Shown: positions 36,726 to 51,128, numbered from the stretch's first letter. The stretch: DNA of 64,000 bases from Octopus sinensis (GCF_006345805.1 NC_042997.1:63364001-63428000), one strand, 5' to 3'. The notes: generated by a model from the letters alone, not told the origin. Numbers and translations are program-made.

Positions 36726-37979
36726 TATATAATATTATTTTATGGCATATATTTTACTTTTCTTTATATAATATTATTCATATGTAATTCTTATTCACAC
36801 ATCGCAACTTTTTTCTTTTTTGTATTTTTTATACGTATATATGTATATTTTTACTTTTATATATATATACTTAGAGCCCGAATCATGAAAACGTGGCTAA
36901 CGGGGCTCTGGTATTGCAATTCCACAACGGCGGGTCTGCTCCTTGTGAAGGCGGATGAGGGCGATGCCCTGCAAGCTGGCTATAAAGGCGGACTACGACA
37001 AATTGGAGTTCCGGCAGCTTGCCGCAGGAAGCCTACGAACAAGACCAGACGGCTGGTCCCAAGGCCGAGCAAAGGATCTTATCCATGAACTCCGGCAGCT
37101 AGTTGCAGCAGAAGGGTCAATCCTCTCGAGACTCCTCTTGCCATTGAACATCCCCCCGCACCTTCTGTCAAGTACGTGCGGCTGAGAACTGTGCATCCTC
37201 TCCGGCACCTTAAACTTTTCACAGAACAACTTCGCCATTCATCCTTCATTATCTTTTATCCTCTCTGCATGTCCTGCTGTGATGGGATCATCTGGCGACG
37301 TGGGCAGACTAGGATATAGTTGGAAGACTCTAGTTGGAGTCCTGCACGTATGCGGCATAAGTAAGATGGTCGTTGTTGGATGGACCCGTTGACGAAAATC
37401 CAGCTAGGTCCTGCTTGTGCGTCCAGGCAACCCTTTTCAGAGACAGCAATGCCTTCCCCACATGGGAAAGGGCCTAAATAATGTGACTCAGAGAAAGCTC
37501 GTCCTCACTTGCTCGACTGGGTAACTGCCCCCAGTGAGTCATCCCCAAAGAAAAGCGGAAATAGCTCAAGGGACATCAGCAAAATCCTAGACGAGCTCAT
37601 CTTCGTTGGAGACCTTATCACTGCTCTCATTGTAATCGGACATGTGCCCCCAGAATCGGCCTTTTCAGTCAGGAGAGTGCCTGCGAACGCCATCAAGACA
37701 AACTCTAAGGATCAAAGACGACGTCGTCATCAGTCAAGATGGACTGGCTTAAGCACGTAAGCAAAGCGAGTAGAATATTGGGTTAGAAATCTTTTGGATT
37801 TCCCCAGCATGCTTCATTTTAAACTCAATATTCTACAAGCTCTTATCATAGATTGAAATACGCGTATCATCGTTGAAAACGATTATCTCACATCGCTTGC
37901 ATATACATATACATATAGGTATGTATATGTGCATATATCTGAACATGTACTCACATGTATAATATATAGCTACATCAAG

Positions 37980-38330
37980 GGTAAAGACCCTTCAGTCATA
38001 AATGACCATGCGATCGCACCTAAAAAGTTCCCCACTGAAGCATAATCTGGGCAAGGTTGTTTATGGAAGACCAGCTGACGCCCATGCATATCAGCCTCCC
38101 GTCTTTACACTATCGATGTTATCCAAGGGAAAGGCAAAGTCCGATACACTTTGATACCTGTGACGTCGCTACTAATATCTGCAGCTGAGCAAACCATACC
38201 AACGTGAATTAAAGTGTCTTGCTTTGAATCTCAATCAACATACAGCCCGGTCCGGGAATCGAACTCTCTACCTCATGATTTTGAGGCCCACGCTTTAACG
38301 ATTGAGCCATGTGCCTTCATAAATACATTC
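37980..38330 (-). mobile_element. tRNA/CORE SINE (head like 1243-1497) with longer tail
   Basis: Minus head GAAGGCACATGGCTCAATCGTT...GAGTTCGATTCCCGGACCGGG; CORE-like AAAGCAAGACACTTTAATTCACGTTG. Confidence 0.7.
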
Positions 38331-38390
38331 ACACACATACACACGTAACAATTACCATAACGTGCTGTCGTATTACATTCGGTCCACAAG

Positions 38391-38605
38391 GAGGCGAGCT
38401 GGCAGAAACCGTTAACACGCCAGGTGAAATGCTTAGCAGTATTTCGTCTGTCTCTATGTTCTGAGTTCAAATTCCTCCGCGGTTGACTTTGTTTTATCCT
38501 TCCGGGGTCGATAACTTAAGTACCGGTTGCGTACTGGAGTCGATCTAATCGACTGGCACCCTCTCCCGAAATTTCAGGCCTTGTGCCTAAAGTAGAAAAT
38601 ATTAC
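38391..38605 (+). mobile_element. SINE (family of 45110-45340)
   Basis: GGCGAGCTGGCAGAAACCGTTAACACGCC...GAGTTCAAATTCC...GGGGTCGAT. Confidence 0.8.
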
Positions 38606-39300
38606 ATTCAGTCCACTTTGCTTCTCATTCACTCTTCTTTCGGCTCCAGTAAAATTTGTGCCAGAAAGGCAATATTTTTGCCTGTATAATCGTCAAAAAT
38701 CCTTGAAAGGAGTATGTTTGCCTAATGGCTATTGAAGAACTGTAGCCAGCAAACTGATATAGTTATGAAATTGTAAAAGAATTGCCCAGGAACATATTAA
38801 ACTGTAATAGATTTTCTTAGTCACGAAAATATAAAATAAGAGATTAAAGGAAATAATTATGAGATATATGAAAAGAGGTTACAGAGCTGCTAATTGCTAC
38901 AAAAAAAGTCAGATTTTCCGCAATTTATACCTAATGACTTTTAAGAGGATTTGAGCTTTAGAATGTAATCAGTTGCCTGAGTGAAAAAAGAAAGCAAGTG
39001 CTTATATCTGAACTACATCTAATCATAAGTCTTCTCAATTAGAGCTCATTATGCTGTTAAGCATTAATAAAAAAAAAATATTTCGTGTTTTCATAGCGCA
39101 ACATTTTGTATGTATACACAATTCCATTTTCAGTCTTGAGTTTGTATTCGTCTCTTCACTCTTTGACATCCTTAGATGCTATTATGAAAGTCTTCAAAGC
39201 AATTCCTGTATATTCAAGACCTAATTGATTAACTGTTATAATTTTCATTTGCCCCTAAAAAGGACTGTTCGGAATAACAAGTTTCAATATTTCTTGCATA

Positions 39301-39515
39301 TGAGGCAATGAACTAGCAGAATCTTTTGCACGCCAGACAAAATTTTTAGTAGCATTTCGTCCGTATTTACATTGCTAGTTCAAGTTCCGCAGAGACCGAC
39401 TTTGCCTTTCATTCTGTCAGGGTCAATAAAATAAGTTCCAGTTGATCGCCGGGGCCAATGTAATTGACTTACCCCACTACGCTAAAAGTGTTGGCCTTTT
39501 CCCAACATTTGAAGC
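39301..39515 (+). mobile_element. Older SINE copy, same family
   Basis: GAACTAGCAGAATC...AGTTCAAGTTCCGC..GACTTTGCCTTTCATT..GGGTCAATAAAATAAG. Confidence 0.65.
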
Positions 39516-41698
39516 GAATATGTTATGCATATTCCTCAGTGTTAGTGGTATTGACTTGTAAATGCTTAAAGATTTAAATCAGAACACAATAAAATTGTGT
39601 ATGTGTTAACATATGGAGGTACTTTCATCTGAGATTAGTCGGCATTTAATGTACAAATATAATTATTGCAACAGTGATACCCGCACAGTATCCGAAAACA
39701 GGAATAACTAGGTTTCCTATTTGTCCTATGGTCCAAACAAAATTTCTATACACAGGTTTTATATTTCTTTGAAGCGTTTTTCCTGAATCTAATAAAATGA
39801 TACATAAAATAAAGAAAATAAACATGTGACTTTTTTCATCAAAGAACCTATGTTTCATGTATTAATCATCAACATATTTAAGCATCAATTACATTATATA
39901 TTCTTTCAATGTAAAAAATGCGTATTAAAATTCTATAGTGCATTGTTGGAAATTTTGAAAACATCATCCATGACATATGACAACCGTAAAGCAAAATAAA
40001 GTAAATAAGCAAAATGCAATAAGCAATAACCCCAGCCTAAGTGAAAACGGTTTATAATGACAATTGAAAAGCAATTAGAAGAATACTTCACAACAGGAGA
40101 GAAAATCAATTGTAAAGTTCAACAAATAATATGTAAGGTCGTATTGTTATCTTAATACCAATATAATTCTTTGATTGTATTCCGTTCTGAGACTTGATTA
40201 TGTTCATAACATTTTATTTGTCGTGATTCGATTTTATTTGCTTGAATTTCTAAAATAAATTGTTTTAATCAATTTGTTCTTTAGGCATTACCACTTGTGT
40301 ATTGCAGAGACTGCGTACAGTCACCGCTGAGCTACTTCCTGTTTATCATTTCCAACTTCAAATGTAGAACTTTCTCTGATACAAACATTCGGCATATTTG
40401 CGAAAAGATCGAATGTGATGTATGGTGCTCATTTATGATAGTTCCATTAGGTCGGATGTTCTAAATTACTGACGTAAACCTTTCTTCACAATCGTAGAAA
40501 CAGACTATAGGTATGGTAAGAACGGGTTGTAAGAAAACTAGAAAGAAAAAATACAATTGCTAATAATGTCCAGTCTCTTCTTGAGTACTTTGAAGATTTA
40601 GATGTGGAAACTACAAAAGTGAGGTTGACATGTTGATTGGAGGTATATACTCTGACAACGCCAAGATGATGACTAAGTTCTTGTAAACAACACGAAACCT
40701 CTGTGTTCTTTAATCCAGTTTAAATATCAAAGGATGTGAATTGGATGAAAAAACATCAAAATTCCGCATTGAAATATTCATAACGTCAGTACATACAAAT
40801 TCTAGAGCAATTAAGCATATATCAATTATGAATGTTAACTCAGCGCTGTATCAACAAACGGAACTTTTCAAATTATTACATGAACTAAGAGCGCAAGAAC
40901 ACAAGCGCTTAAAGAAAAGGTGGACCACCTAAAGATTACATATATTTATGATTAACTACTGCGCAGCTGATTCATAGATTCGCAGCGACATTGAAACTGA
41001 AAATTAACTATTAATCTTCCTTACTACAAGCAACTATTTCTTCCTCACTGCAAGTGACTTTCTCTTTTGACACCGACCTTTAAGCTCAAAGGCATCAACA
41101 CAATAAATAAATAAATAAATAAAACAGCAACAGTAACAAGACTACACCGATAAGAAGAACCCGAATCATGTAAAACTCCATAAGAACAATGCTACTAAAA
41201 GAAGTAGCACCACTTTCTACCACGACACCAACATGATCAACAGCGCTAATACGTCGGTTAGTCTAGGAAACCAACTACTCTCAGTTTCGCCTACGCAGCC
41301 CAATACAAAAACTAGTTTGTCACTCAAGGATCTGAACACCGCAAAGAAATATTGTTACCTAAGCCTGGCAGAACAGTGTATGTAAATGTGTTGTAGTCGA
41401 TCCGGGAGAAAGAACAATTATATAAAAGAGATCAGAAAGGAAGTGAAGTGAGAAATGGAGTCAAGAACCAGCGACACACATTCAGACTAGAAAATATCTA
41501 AAATCAGACTCGGGTACAAATAATATACTTAGCTCGGGGGAGAAAGTTCCATGTGGTTAAGATATAATTTCCGCTGAAGGCGGGAGCTAGAAAGCAGTCC
41601 TGTAATGCCTTAAATAGTGCTAAAGATGTCCTCATCCCTACCTGTTTCATCCAGACGTTAGTATAAATGAAGGTGGTTGATGTATCATCAGTAATATA

Positions 41699-42534
41699 TA
41701 CAAGGTCTGAACAATAAGTATCAGGACTGTTGCTATAGTAACAAAGCTAAAGTGCACAGTGTAAAACTGCTTGGCACAAATTCACCTTCAACTCTGCTGT
41801 GCATGCGCACTTAGTTCTAACGTTCTAGCTTGCATTCCTTGTTTATAGCAGTTCTTGGAAGTAACGTGTGTAGCGTGTTATCGTCGCATTGACCATGACA
41901 GAGAAAGTTGTCGTGGCGATACCCGCTCAGAGGCCTAGCGTATGGAGAGGGGTGTATGAGCCGCTCACATGTGTACGAGTGGTTCAGATGTTTCCCAGAA
42001 GGCCGAAAAAATGTCGGTAATGACGAACATTCTGGAAAACCCGCAACTAGCAGAATCGCGAAAAACATTGCACATATTTTTGCAGCTGTGAGGGAATATC
42101 GTCGAATCATCATCCATGAGCAGATGTGCTGATTAATTATGGTTCACTTCACTCCTCTATCACTGAAGATTTGGGTACGAGAAGCGTGTTTACCAAGTTT
42201 GTGCCAAAACTTCTTTCAGCTAAACAAAGCGCTACTTGGGTTTCAGTTGCATAAGATCTTGATTTTGTCGAGAACGGTGGAAACAGTTTGAAACTTTGCG
42301 TAGGCCTCTGACTAAATTTGATGCAGATTCTCTTCTCAACTTTCTCTGTCATGATCAATGCGACGATCACACGATACATACCTTACTTCCAAGCACTGCT
42401 GTAGAACATCAAAGCATAGTGCGAATGTACAGGATAATTCAAGGTCAATGTGTGCCAAGCGGCTTTAGTCTCTGTTCATTAGCTTCGTAACTATAGCACC
42501 AGTCCGGATACTTATTGATCAGACCGCAGAGATA
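41699..42534. mobile_element. Non-autonomous mariner derivative with two inverted left ends
   Basis: Plus: MTEKV...AYGEGCMSRSHVYEWF..DEHSGKPATS..FVPKLL. Minus (42310-42530): TIR plus MTEKVEKRICIKF. TIRs GGTCTGAWCAATAAGTATCMGGACTG at both ends. Confidence 0.8.
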
Positions 42535-42535
42535 T

Positions 42536-42577
42536 TACTATATATATACGTATATATATACGTATATATATATATAA

Positions 42578-42654
<77 letters not shown>
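42536..42654. repeat. (TA)n microsatellite
   Basis: Direct reading. Confidence 0.95.
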
Positions 42655-42657
<3 letters not shown>

Positions 42658-45109
42658 TAGCCGCTGTCATTGTTTTGTTTGATATAACACAGAAAACGAC
42701 CATGTCACATATCGACAGGTTGCGAAACAAAGTGTGCTTGGGCTCTGGTGCAGGGATGGAGTTAATGATCATAACAAATCAAAAACGCATGGACGTCATT
42801 CTTGATAGGGTCATGCAGTCAGATGGTTTGTAACACTTCGCAGCGGTTGAGATCTTGGCGTCACGTATACGGTGATATGAAGCAACGAAGCCTTTTTCTA
42901 CAGAAAAGGACGAAGAGAAAAGAGCGCCCACTTGCCGAGACTGTTTTCTTTATAACAGCAACATAACCCTAAAAAGCGGTAGCAACATTAACAGAATCAG
43001 CAACAAAAATAGCAGGAACTCAACAGCACAAAGAGCAACAATACTACCAAAAGGAACAGCAATAGAAAACCAGCAACGACATCACTGCTTTGGAGGATAG
43101 CATCACCACCACAATCACAAGATAAATCGACCCTTCCACACAAGTCCACCATATCACAGGCATACGCACTCTCGCACACATTCCGCAAATAAACCTTCTT
43201 CTCTGCTTCAGATTTCTTCAATTTCGGAATCTTGACGTGCAACGAGATTAAGTTGACAGACACACTAGAACATCGTCTTCGTCGGAATGAGAAATAAAGA
43301 AATGACAAATGTTGCAATTTAAGAAACAGAAAACACTGTGTGAGGAGATAAAAATAGTACTTTGATTCATATCTCTTAATTAAAACTTATAATAACGACT
43401 TATATTAATCACATTTCTACATTTCTTGCTGTGGCTTTGTCGTTTCGAAATGGATCTTTATTATGTAGACGTAAATAGCTAGAGTATTAATCAATCAATC
43501 TTTCAAAATATGTGCTGCATATTTTGGCTCTGTGTGAATGCTTGGAGTGAAAGACCATCCTCCCATGTCTTAAAACATAGCGGCAAACCATGTTCTACGC
43601 TGGATTTCTACGATAAAGGCGAAGTGCTAACATATTTTAATACATTGAAGAGAGGGGTAAGAAATAGGAAGAGATGGACTGTATGGGAAAGAGTGAGTTG
43701 AATGCTGTAATGCGCATTTTTTCTCTATTAATTGACTACAACATTTATCCGGCGTGCAGTTACTATGAGAAATGTGCATATTTTGAAAGACAGATATAAT
43801 TTATATACGAAGTTACATCGTCTCAAGCACTTAGCATTGAACAGGAAGAAGTAAGACGCGTAAAAGAAGTATTATTTTCTTACAGTTAAATTAAGTTATA
43901 CATATCTCTCGCTGGAGCAGGATTTACATAAACATATTTTAAAAAGGGTGGTTCTTAAAGGATCGAAGGTTGACTTATTCGAAATACACAGTATTATAAA
44001 TGTGTGAGTTATAAGAGTTTAATGAATTCACCTACACAGCCAAATGCAAGTATTTGATATAAGATGTAATCTCATTTATAATGTTCTCTACGAAATTGAC
44101 TTTATTCACCACATTAACGATAAGACGAAACTAGATATAGATAACTATTAAATCGACAGCAGGATGTGTCACTATGTTAGTTGTTTCTATTGGAAACTAG
44201 AGAAGTTTGTCTGCTGGTTGTTAAAAATATAATTTCATTTTTTTAATGAATTAAAAAAATTTTTGTAAATGAAGGAACAGTAATATTATTCAACATTTAA
44301 TTTTGCTCATCATCATTTATATATATATTGAAATCTATCTAAAGCGCTTGGACATGACAATTATTCTTCTGTAGACACCTCAGCTGGTTCCATGCGTTAA
44401 TTTCTCAAGATGTACTGTGATTTAAATCCACAGTCTATGCTAGTCTATCTTAATTAGCGTCCTACTGTCCTGTAATGCTTTCAATCTATCTCTTACCATT
44501 TCAAGCAGGAGTGACTTGAAAATGTGAATGCAATTATTTCTTGTGTTAGCATTTTCTGTCAACTCCTCTACTATGTGCGTCACCACAGTCAATATATCAA
44601 GTCAGCATTCTAAGTAGTTTTGTGGTTGCAAGAAACACATCTATAAGATACTATTTGTTTGGAAACTAAACTTCATTATGAATCTCTTCTGGGACTTTTC
44701 TCATATTTGTGAGGAAGATTTTGCTTGTAACTTTCCTATTTTACTTCATTTATACACATTACCTTAGCTATATCAATGCTATATGAACAGATGATCTAAA
44801 ACACTCTAATATATAATATGTTATTGTTTGATCTAAAAAATAATATTCAAACACTATATATTAGGTATCCATACATCATCATTTCAAAAACCATATAGTT
44901 CCACGGGGCTAATGTTCAAATGAGATATCTATAGATTAATGCAAGTGAAATATAGATGATTACTTGTCAAGTTACAATGATAACTCTTCCTTGTCTAGCG
45001 CTCTGGTATATAGTACACAAAGCATTATGACATATAATTTGGCAGCGAACAAAATAATTTTAAGCCCGATGTATCTGTATCTGCAATTTTAAGCCAGATG
45101 TATCGAAGA

Positions 45110-45340
45110 CAGCGAGCTGGCAGAAACATTAGCGCACCGGGCGAAATGCTTAGTGGTATTTCGTCTGCCGTTACGTTCTGAGTTCAAATTCCGCCGTGGT
45201 CGAATTTGCCTTTCATCCTTTCGGGGTCGATAAATAAAGTACCAGTTACGCACTGGGGTCGATGTAATCAACTTAATCCCTTTGTCTGTCCTTGTTTGTC
45301 CTCTCTGTGTTTAGCCTCTTGTTGGCAATAAATAAGATGT
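45110..45340 (+). mobile_element. Full-length tRNA-derived SINE
   Basis: GCGAGCTGGCAGAAACATTAGC (A-box-like), GAGTTCAAATTCC (B-box), CCTTTCGGGGTCGATAAA, A-rich tail. Confidence 0.8.
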
Positions 45341-46514
45341 ATCTGTAACCCAGGGAAGAGAACATTGAACAATCGTTAAATCTACTAAACAAACGATATG
45401 AGCGACAACTCAAAACAATGAATAAAGTTTTTTTTTTTTTTTTCAATAAACTGCTATCTTGATGTTCTACAAACTTTGAATTTAAAATCGACAATATAAT
45501 GAGGGAAGGATTATGGTATCGGTTTTCTCTTTTCCTCTTACCGCACAAGTGCTAACTTAGAAAATTCCAGAATTAGATATCCTAACGTAAAACCCCACGA
45601 AAATCAGCAGTCCATTAGCTCATCTAGACGTCCATTATAGCTTCGTGCAATAATGCTTAATATTTTAAAGAAAAGAAAGAAAAGAAAAACATCGATAGTA
45701 CACTTTCAATATATCCCATTTGCTATATAGAGAAATCTTGTTTTAAGTTAATATAATATATTTCTTCCGAACCGCCTCGCCTTATATAAGTAAGTAAATA
45801 AATAAAACAGAAATGAATACAAAGAAAAAGAATAAGTAAATATTGATTTATATAAAACAATACCTGTAGACTACTTATGACAGTGTTCTAAGCGTAAATC
45901 ATAGTTATATCACAATTTTTATTGTATTAAAGTAGTAAGTTATATTAGTATTGGGAAAACTTTAGTCTGACAACCGGTGATATAAATAACGTGTTATAGC
46001 TACGTCTTCAGTGATTGTATTCTATGCTAACGACTTGAGAATAGAAAATAAAATATCTCTGCACTTGTAACCTATATCTCATATTTCATTTTAATTTCAA
46101 ATCGTTATTGTAATTAATGATATAGCCGCAGGCTCAAAAATTACTTTAAAATACACGCTCACATGCATCAACACAAAGAATCACACGCACGCATACGCAC
46201 ACAAACGCAAAACATAATATAAATATACGCTATCAACAAGCGTACACATAAGCAAAGAATGAATTTTCACGCGGTCCTTATGTCTGTTAGTGATAACATC
46301 TAAATCTATAAAGAAATCTACGATAAAACTGTCTAGAAACGAAGAAGATATTGGACAGTGTAGTCCTCGGTATACAACAAACCTACTTGATCACTATTGG
46401 GCTAAACAATAACAAAAACTACGCTCAGAAATGTGTATAGATATATTTATAGAAGAATGATTTTTCTAAAATTATCTGTAAAATCATTTTTTTCAGGTTA
46501 GTAAGCACTTATGA

Positions 46515-46730
46515 GAGGCCAGCTGGTAGAATCTTTAGTACGCCGGGCAAAATGCTTAGCGGCATTTTGTAGATTTTTAAGTTCAGAGATCAAATGCCAC
46601 AGTGTTCCACTTTGCCTTACGTCCTTTTCGGGGTCGATAAAATAAGAACCAATTGAACACTGGGGTCGATGTAATCGATTTACCCGTACCCCGGAATTGT
46701 TGGCCTTGTGCTAAAATTTGAAACCAATAG
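46515..46730 (+). mobile_element. SINE, same family as 45110-45340
   Basis: GCCAGCTGGTAGAATC...CCTTTTCGGGGTCGATAAAATAAG..TGGGGTCGATGTAATCG. Confidence 0.75.
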
Positions 46731-47399
46731 TTAAAGCATAAAATAACCTAGAAATACATCATTTTTCGTCTATGTCATAGATGAAAATATGACAAACGTA
46801 AAGTTTATGAGTCATAATTTGCGAACCTTTGAACTACGACGCACACTACATGGTTTGTTACCAGTAAATTTTGTTTTACCTCCATTTTGAAGGCGTGTAC
46901 TTTAATCCTTAGGGTATTCGTCTAATGATCATATGTTGCGGGAATCAGTTCCAACGGTCAGTTAGTACATTGTGTCTGTGACCAAGCCATTTTGTTTCTC
47001 CTGTCTAATCAGTTGTAAATGCATGCCAGCAGAATGTCACAAGGCGGATGTGCTGCTGGCTTAATAGTGAAGAGGGCAGGAGTATGCTCATGCCTGCTCG
47101 CGACATCAAAAGCACCTAAAAAAATCGATGAAAGCTTGGTACAAGTTAATAATTCATATTCGCTCGAGAAACAGCAGGCTATATTGTACTTCTATGCTCT
47201 TAGTAGCGGTACATATCCTTACAGTCCTACGTCAGGAACGAGTATAATGAAACTTGCTTTGGACTTCTAAAAAATTCTCTGTTTATACATCGAGGAATCT
47301 GAAGCTCTCTAGTTACTTTCTCTGATGGAGTTAATGTAGATAATGATGAAACTGAACGTCATGGAGTCTAGAAATTGTTTAATAATACATCATCCTCGG

Positions 47400-47790
47400 C
47401 TGCGAGGATCTATGTTCTAAAGGAATATAGCTATGATCATTTCGGCCTTCTGTCAGGTAGTGTGAACCCAAGTTTACGTTAAATTAGGAGATCTCTTCTC
47501 TTATAAAAGTGAAAGTAATCGGGCTAAATTGAGATAGATTTCTCTTCTATACCTCGTCTGTCGAGAGATCTGGTAGAATTTTCTCTATCCACTTACAATC
47601 GTCGAAGACTGTAATTTTTAAATGTGGAATTGGATCGTATTCCGAGGTTTACAATTCCGGAAATGTTATTTTGATGTATGAAGTGTTTCGGAAAATATTT
47701 TGGGGATGTGGGGTAGTAGGAAACATAAAGAGGCAGGAACAAAGCAGCGTAGAGAATTCTATGTTCAACAACAAGAAACAATATAGTATA
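47400..47790 (-). mobile_element. Probable Penelope-like 3' remnant with broken HHR motif
   Basis: Minus strand weakly GIY-YIG C-terminal-like (KHF..NN..LGIRSNSTFKITV..RRGIEEK..FSP), followed by CTGACAGAAGGCCGAAATGATC. Confidence 0.4.
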
Positions 47791-47924
47791 ATATGAAGCT
47801 GGAATATCAGCTGCAGAATAATACTAAGTGGACCTATTAGGATGAACTGGGCGTATGTTTGAAGGTGAATTAAATTTCAATGTATGACGAACTTTCTATC
47901 GCATATATTTATTCTTCCTTTTTA

Positions 47925-48135
47925 ATTCTTGTAATAGTTTCAGTCGAGGCGGCGCTCCAGCATGGCTGTGGCTATGCTAGGGCACCGCCTCCAAGTGTTT
48001 TTAGACGAATGAGTCGACCCCCAGTACTTATTTGTTTTTAAAGCCTGGTACTTATTCTATTGATCTGTTTATGCTGAACTGCTAATTTAAGGGGACGTAA
48101 ACACACTAACACCGGTTGTTAAGCTGCGGTGGTGG
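47925..48135 (-). mobile_element. SINE 3' part (family of 12033-12400)
   Basis: GGTACTTATTCTATTG..CTGAACTGCTAA..GGGGACGTAAACAC..CCGGTTGT. Confidence 0.65.
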
Positions 48136-48181
48136 GTGGCAAACACATACACAAAGACACACACACACAAGTATACACACA

Positions 48182-48259
<78 letters not shown>

Positions 48260-48659
48260 ATAATATAATATCAAATATTCAGTACGCTTTCATATATTTA
48301 ACATTTTATGCATACTTTTTGTCGATTCATCTCATATTTTTATACTTGTGTTTGGAAACAAACATATGCACACACGTATATACAGTTATACCAACATAGA
48401 TGCATATGTGTGTGTGTGAATGTATGAGCGTGTATGTGTGTGTGTGTAGACGCGCGTGTGTGTTTATATGTGAGTGTGACTATATTTGAGAATTAATGAA
48501 AGGGAAATAGTGACAGACACGCATCTAAAAGAACGCACTAGTATGTCAATAAGAAACTTGATAGAAATGTTGAACTTCTTTGTAGAAACTACTTACTTCA
48601 GTATAGACACTGATATATGTATATCGACAAGAGAATATATTGACGATCGATACTTATAG

Positions 48660-49190
48660 TAACTGCTTCAAGCTCCGCTGTTAATTTGGCACCATATGGT
48701 GACTATAACTGGGAGCAGTAGTCCAGACGACTGAGGACAAAGATCCTCCACAGGGTCAACATAGTTGTTTGGTCTCTTGTCTTGAAAGACCTCAGTATCC
48801 ATCCTGCTAGTTGTCTGCACTTTGCTGCCATCTTGCTAATGTGCATATAAATGATGCGTCACTGCACATACTGATCCTCAAGTCTTTTACTGCCTGTGAC
48901 TCTAGGATTCTAGTATCTTCGGGTCCTGCATATGCAGATTGTACTGTATTCGTAAGTTGATAGTGCAGTGCTTGAAGCTCTCCAGCATTAAACTGTATGT
49001 TATATATTGAATTTACGTCCCTCTCTAAGCTTGTGACATAATCTTGGGTTTTATTGTTTCTAATAAGTTTATATCTTCGCTATAGCTAGTGACAGTGGGT
49101 GTCCGAATGACCGTGGGCATGTCTTTTATGAACAGTAATGGCCCCAGAAGAGTTCCCAGGGGGATACTATTTAGGATTTGAGTTCCCTCA
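48660..49190 (-). mobile_element. CR1-clade LINE RT fragment, decayed
   Basis: Minus remnants of PQGT.LGPLLFI, VTSY.(D)D.KL and later GWIL..F.T/LDYCS..WSP..A.LEAV-like blocks with frameshifts. Confidence 0.65.
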
Positions 49191-49204
49191 GAAACTACGA
49201 CTAC

Positions 49205-49321
49205 CTATGTGTATATATGTATATGTATATATACATATACATGTGTATGTATATATATATATATATATAACTATAACTATAATATATATATATATATACA
49301 TAATGCACACGCATATCTATA

Positions 49322-49387
<66 letters not shown>

Positions 49388-49429
49388 CCAATCTATCTAT
49401 ATATCTATCTATCTATATAGGATATACAT

Positions 49430-49462
<33 letters not shown>

Positions 49463-49465
49463 CAG
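49205..49465. repeat. (TA)n/(TATC)n/(CA)n compound microsatellite
   Basis: Direct reading. Confidence 0.95.
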
Positions 49466-49783
49466 AGATATAAATACATAAATAAATGTACATACAAACA
49501 TACGTGCGCGATCAAGTGTATGTGTAAAAGAAATGGCGCCTTACTCATGAAGTTTATAAAAGATTTGAGTATGTGATGGCATATTTAAAGTTTTTGATAT
49601 ATTCATATATATTGATGTACGTAACATAATTTACATAAGTACTATGTCAGTATGTGTGTGCATATGTGTGTGTGCATGTATGTTTATATATATATACATG
49701 CATAAATATATGCGTAGTTTCACACATGTATAACATATTCAAGATCGTACAAACACACAAACGCACTCAGAAACACAAACACA

Positions 49784-49823
<40 letters not shown>

Positions 49824-50905
49824 CACTCACGTACAGAAGCAGATATATACACACACAAGTGATAAAGCGCGAATGTGAGGAAAATAGGAAAGCGGGTGTG
49901 GTGTTTCCTGTATACATATGTGCACGCGTATGCACATGAAAGTATACGCTGATATATACTAATACAATTAGCTATGAAATGACTGCTATACGACGGAAGT
50001 ACATATGTAGATTTCTTTCGTAAGTATATAAAAAATCAATGTAAGTCTGTGAACTAGTTAGTTTCAATTGATCTGTAGTAATCAACTTTATTATTAGATG
50101 TTATATACATTCAAATGTTACATATATTTTGAACAAATTCGTAGCCGTAAAATGAAAGGAACCATAGAAAATAATAGAACGATACATATGTAAACCAGTC
50201 TGGTGTTTGATGTGGCCATTTTCCGTATTTTGTATAATTGATTTCTAGTAAAGGGATGTGTACTGTTTCCTAGGTGTTGTCTATGTTGTCGTAATTTTTG
50301 TTGATTAACCCCATGTCCATCCTCATTGGGTAAACGTATGATGGAAATTGGTTAAGCCATCATCAACTGCCAATCTTAGATAAAGTCAAGCTGTACGAGC
50401 ACATTAATGTATATGTCCTTTTTTTCCCATGAAAGTAACGTTTGATTTGAGAGAATTGTGGCTATTATTTGCAGCTTGGCCAGAAAATAAGTAACGGTTC
50501 GCTTTTCATTGCAGATATTTCTGAGTTCATTATCCTATAAAATAACTGATTATATTACAGATTTTTATTGATTAACGTAATACGCTACATTTCACCCAAA
50601 ATCTAAACGAAATTTTAAAAAAATATATTAAATTAAAATATGTTTTACTTTTTATTTATGTATAAAGGAGACAACATTTTATGATGTTCACTTAGTAAGT
50701 TATTTTAAAAACATCATACTACAGAGGACTTATGAATATGTCTTGCGAATGCATCTCGTCTTCGTCTGTGGCGGCGGCTTTATCTCGTATCCGAGAAAGT
50801 CTTTCTTAATGGTGATGTCGCATAAACTGCAAAGTAATGTTGATGGAGGTTGAATTTCTTGAGACTTACACTCCTGTCGTTTGACCTCTTCCTTTTATCC
50901 CCAAA

Positions 50906-50996
<91 letters not shown>

Positions 50997-50999
50997 ATG

Positions 51000-51062
<63 letters not shown>

Positions 51063-51066
51063 GTCG

Positions 51067-51128
<62 letters not shown>

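Noticed and set aside
37715-37745. CTGATGA on the minus strand followed by a palindrome
   Set aside because: No downstream GAAA or stem I, so not a hammerhead
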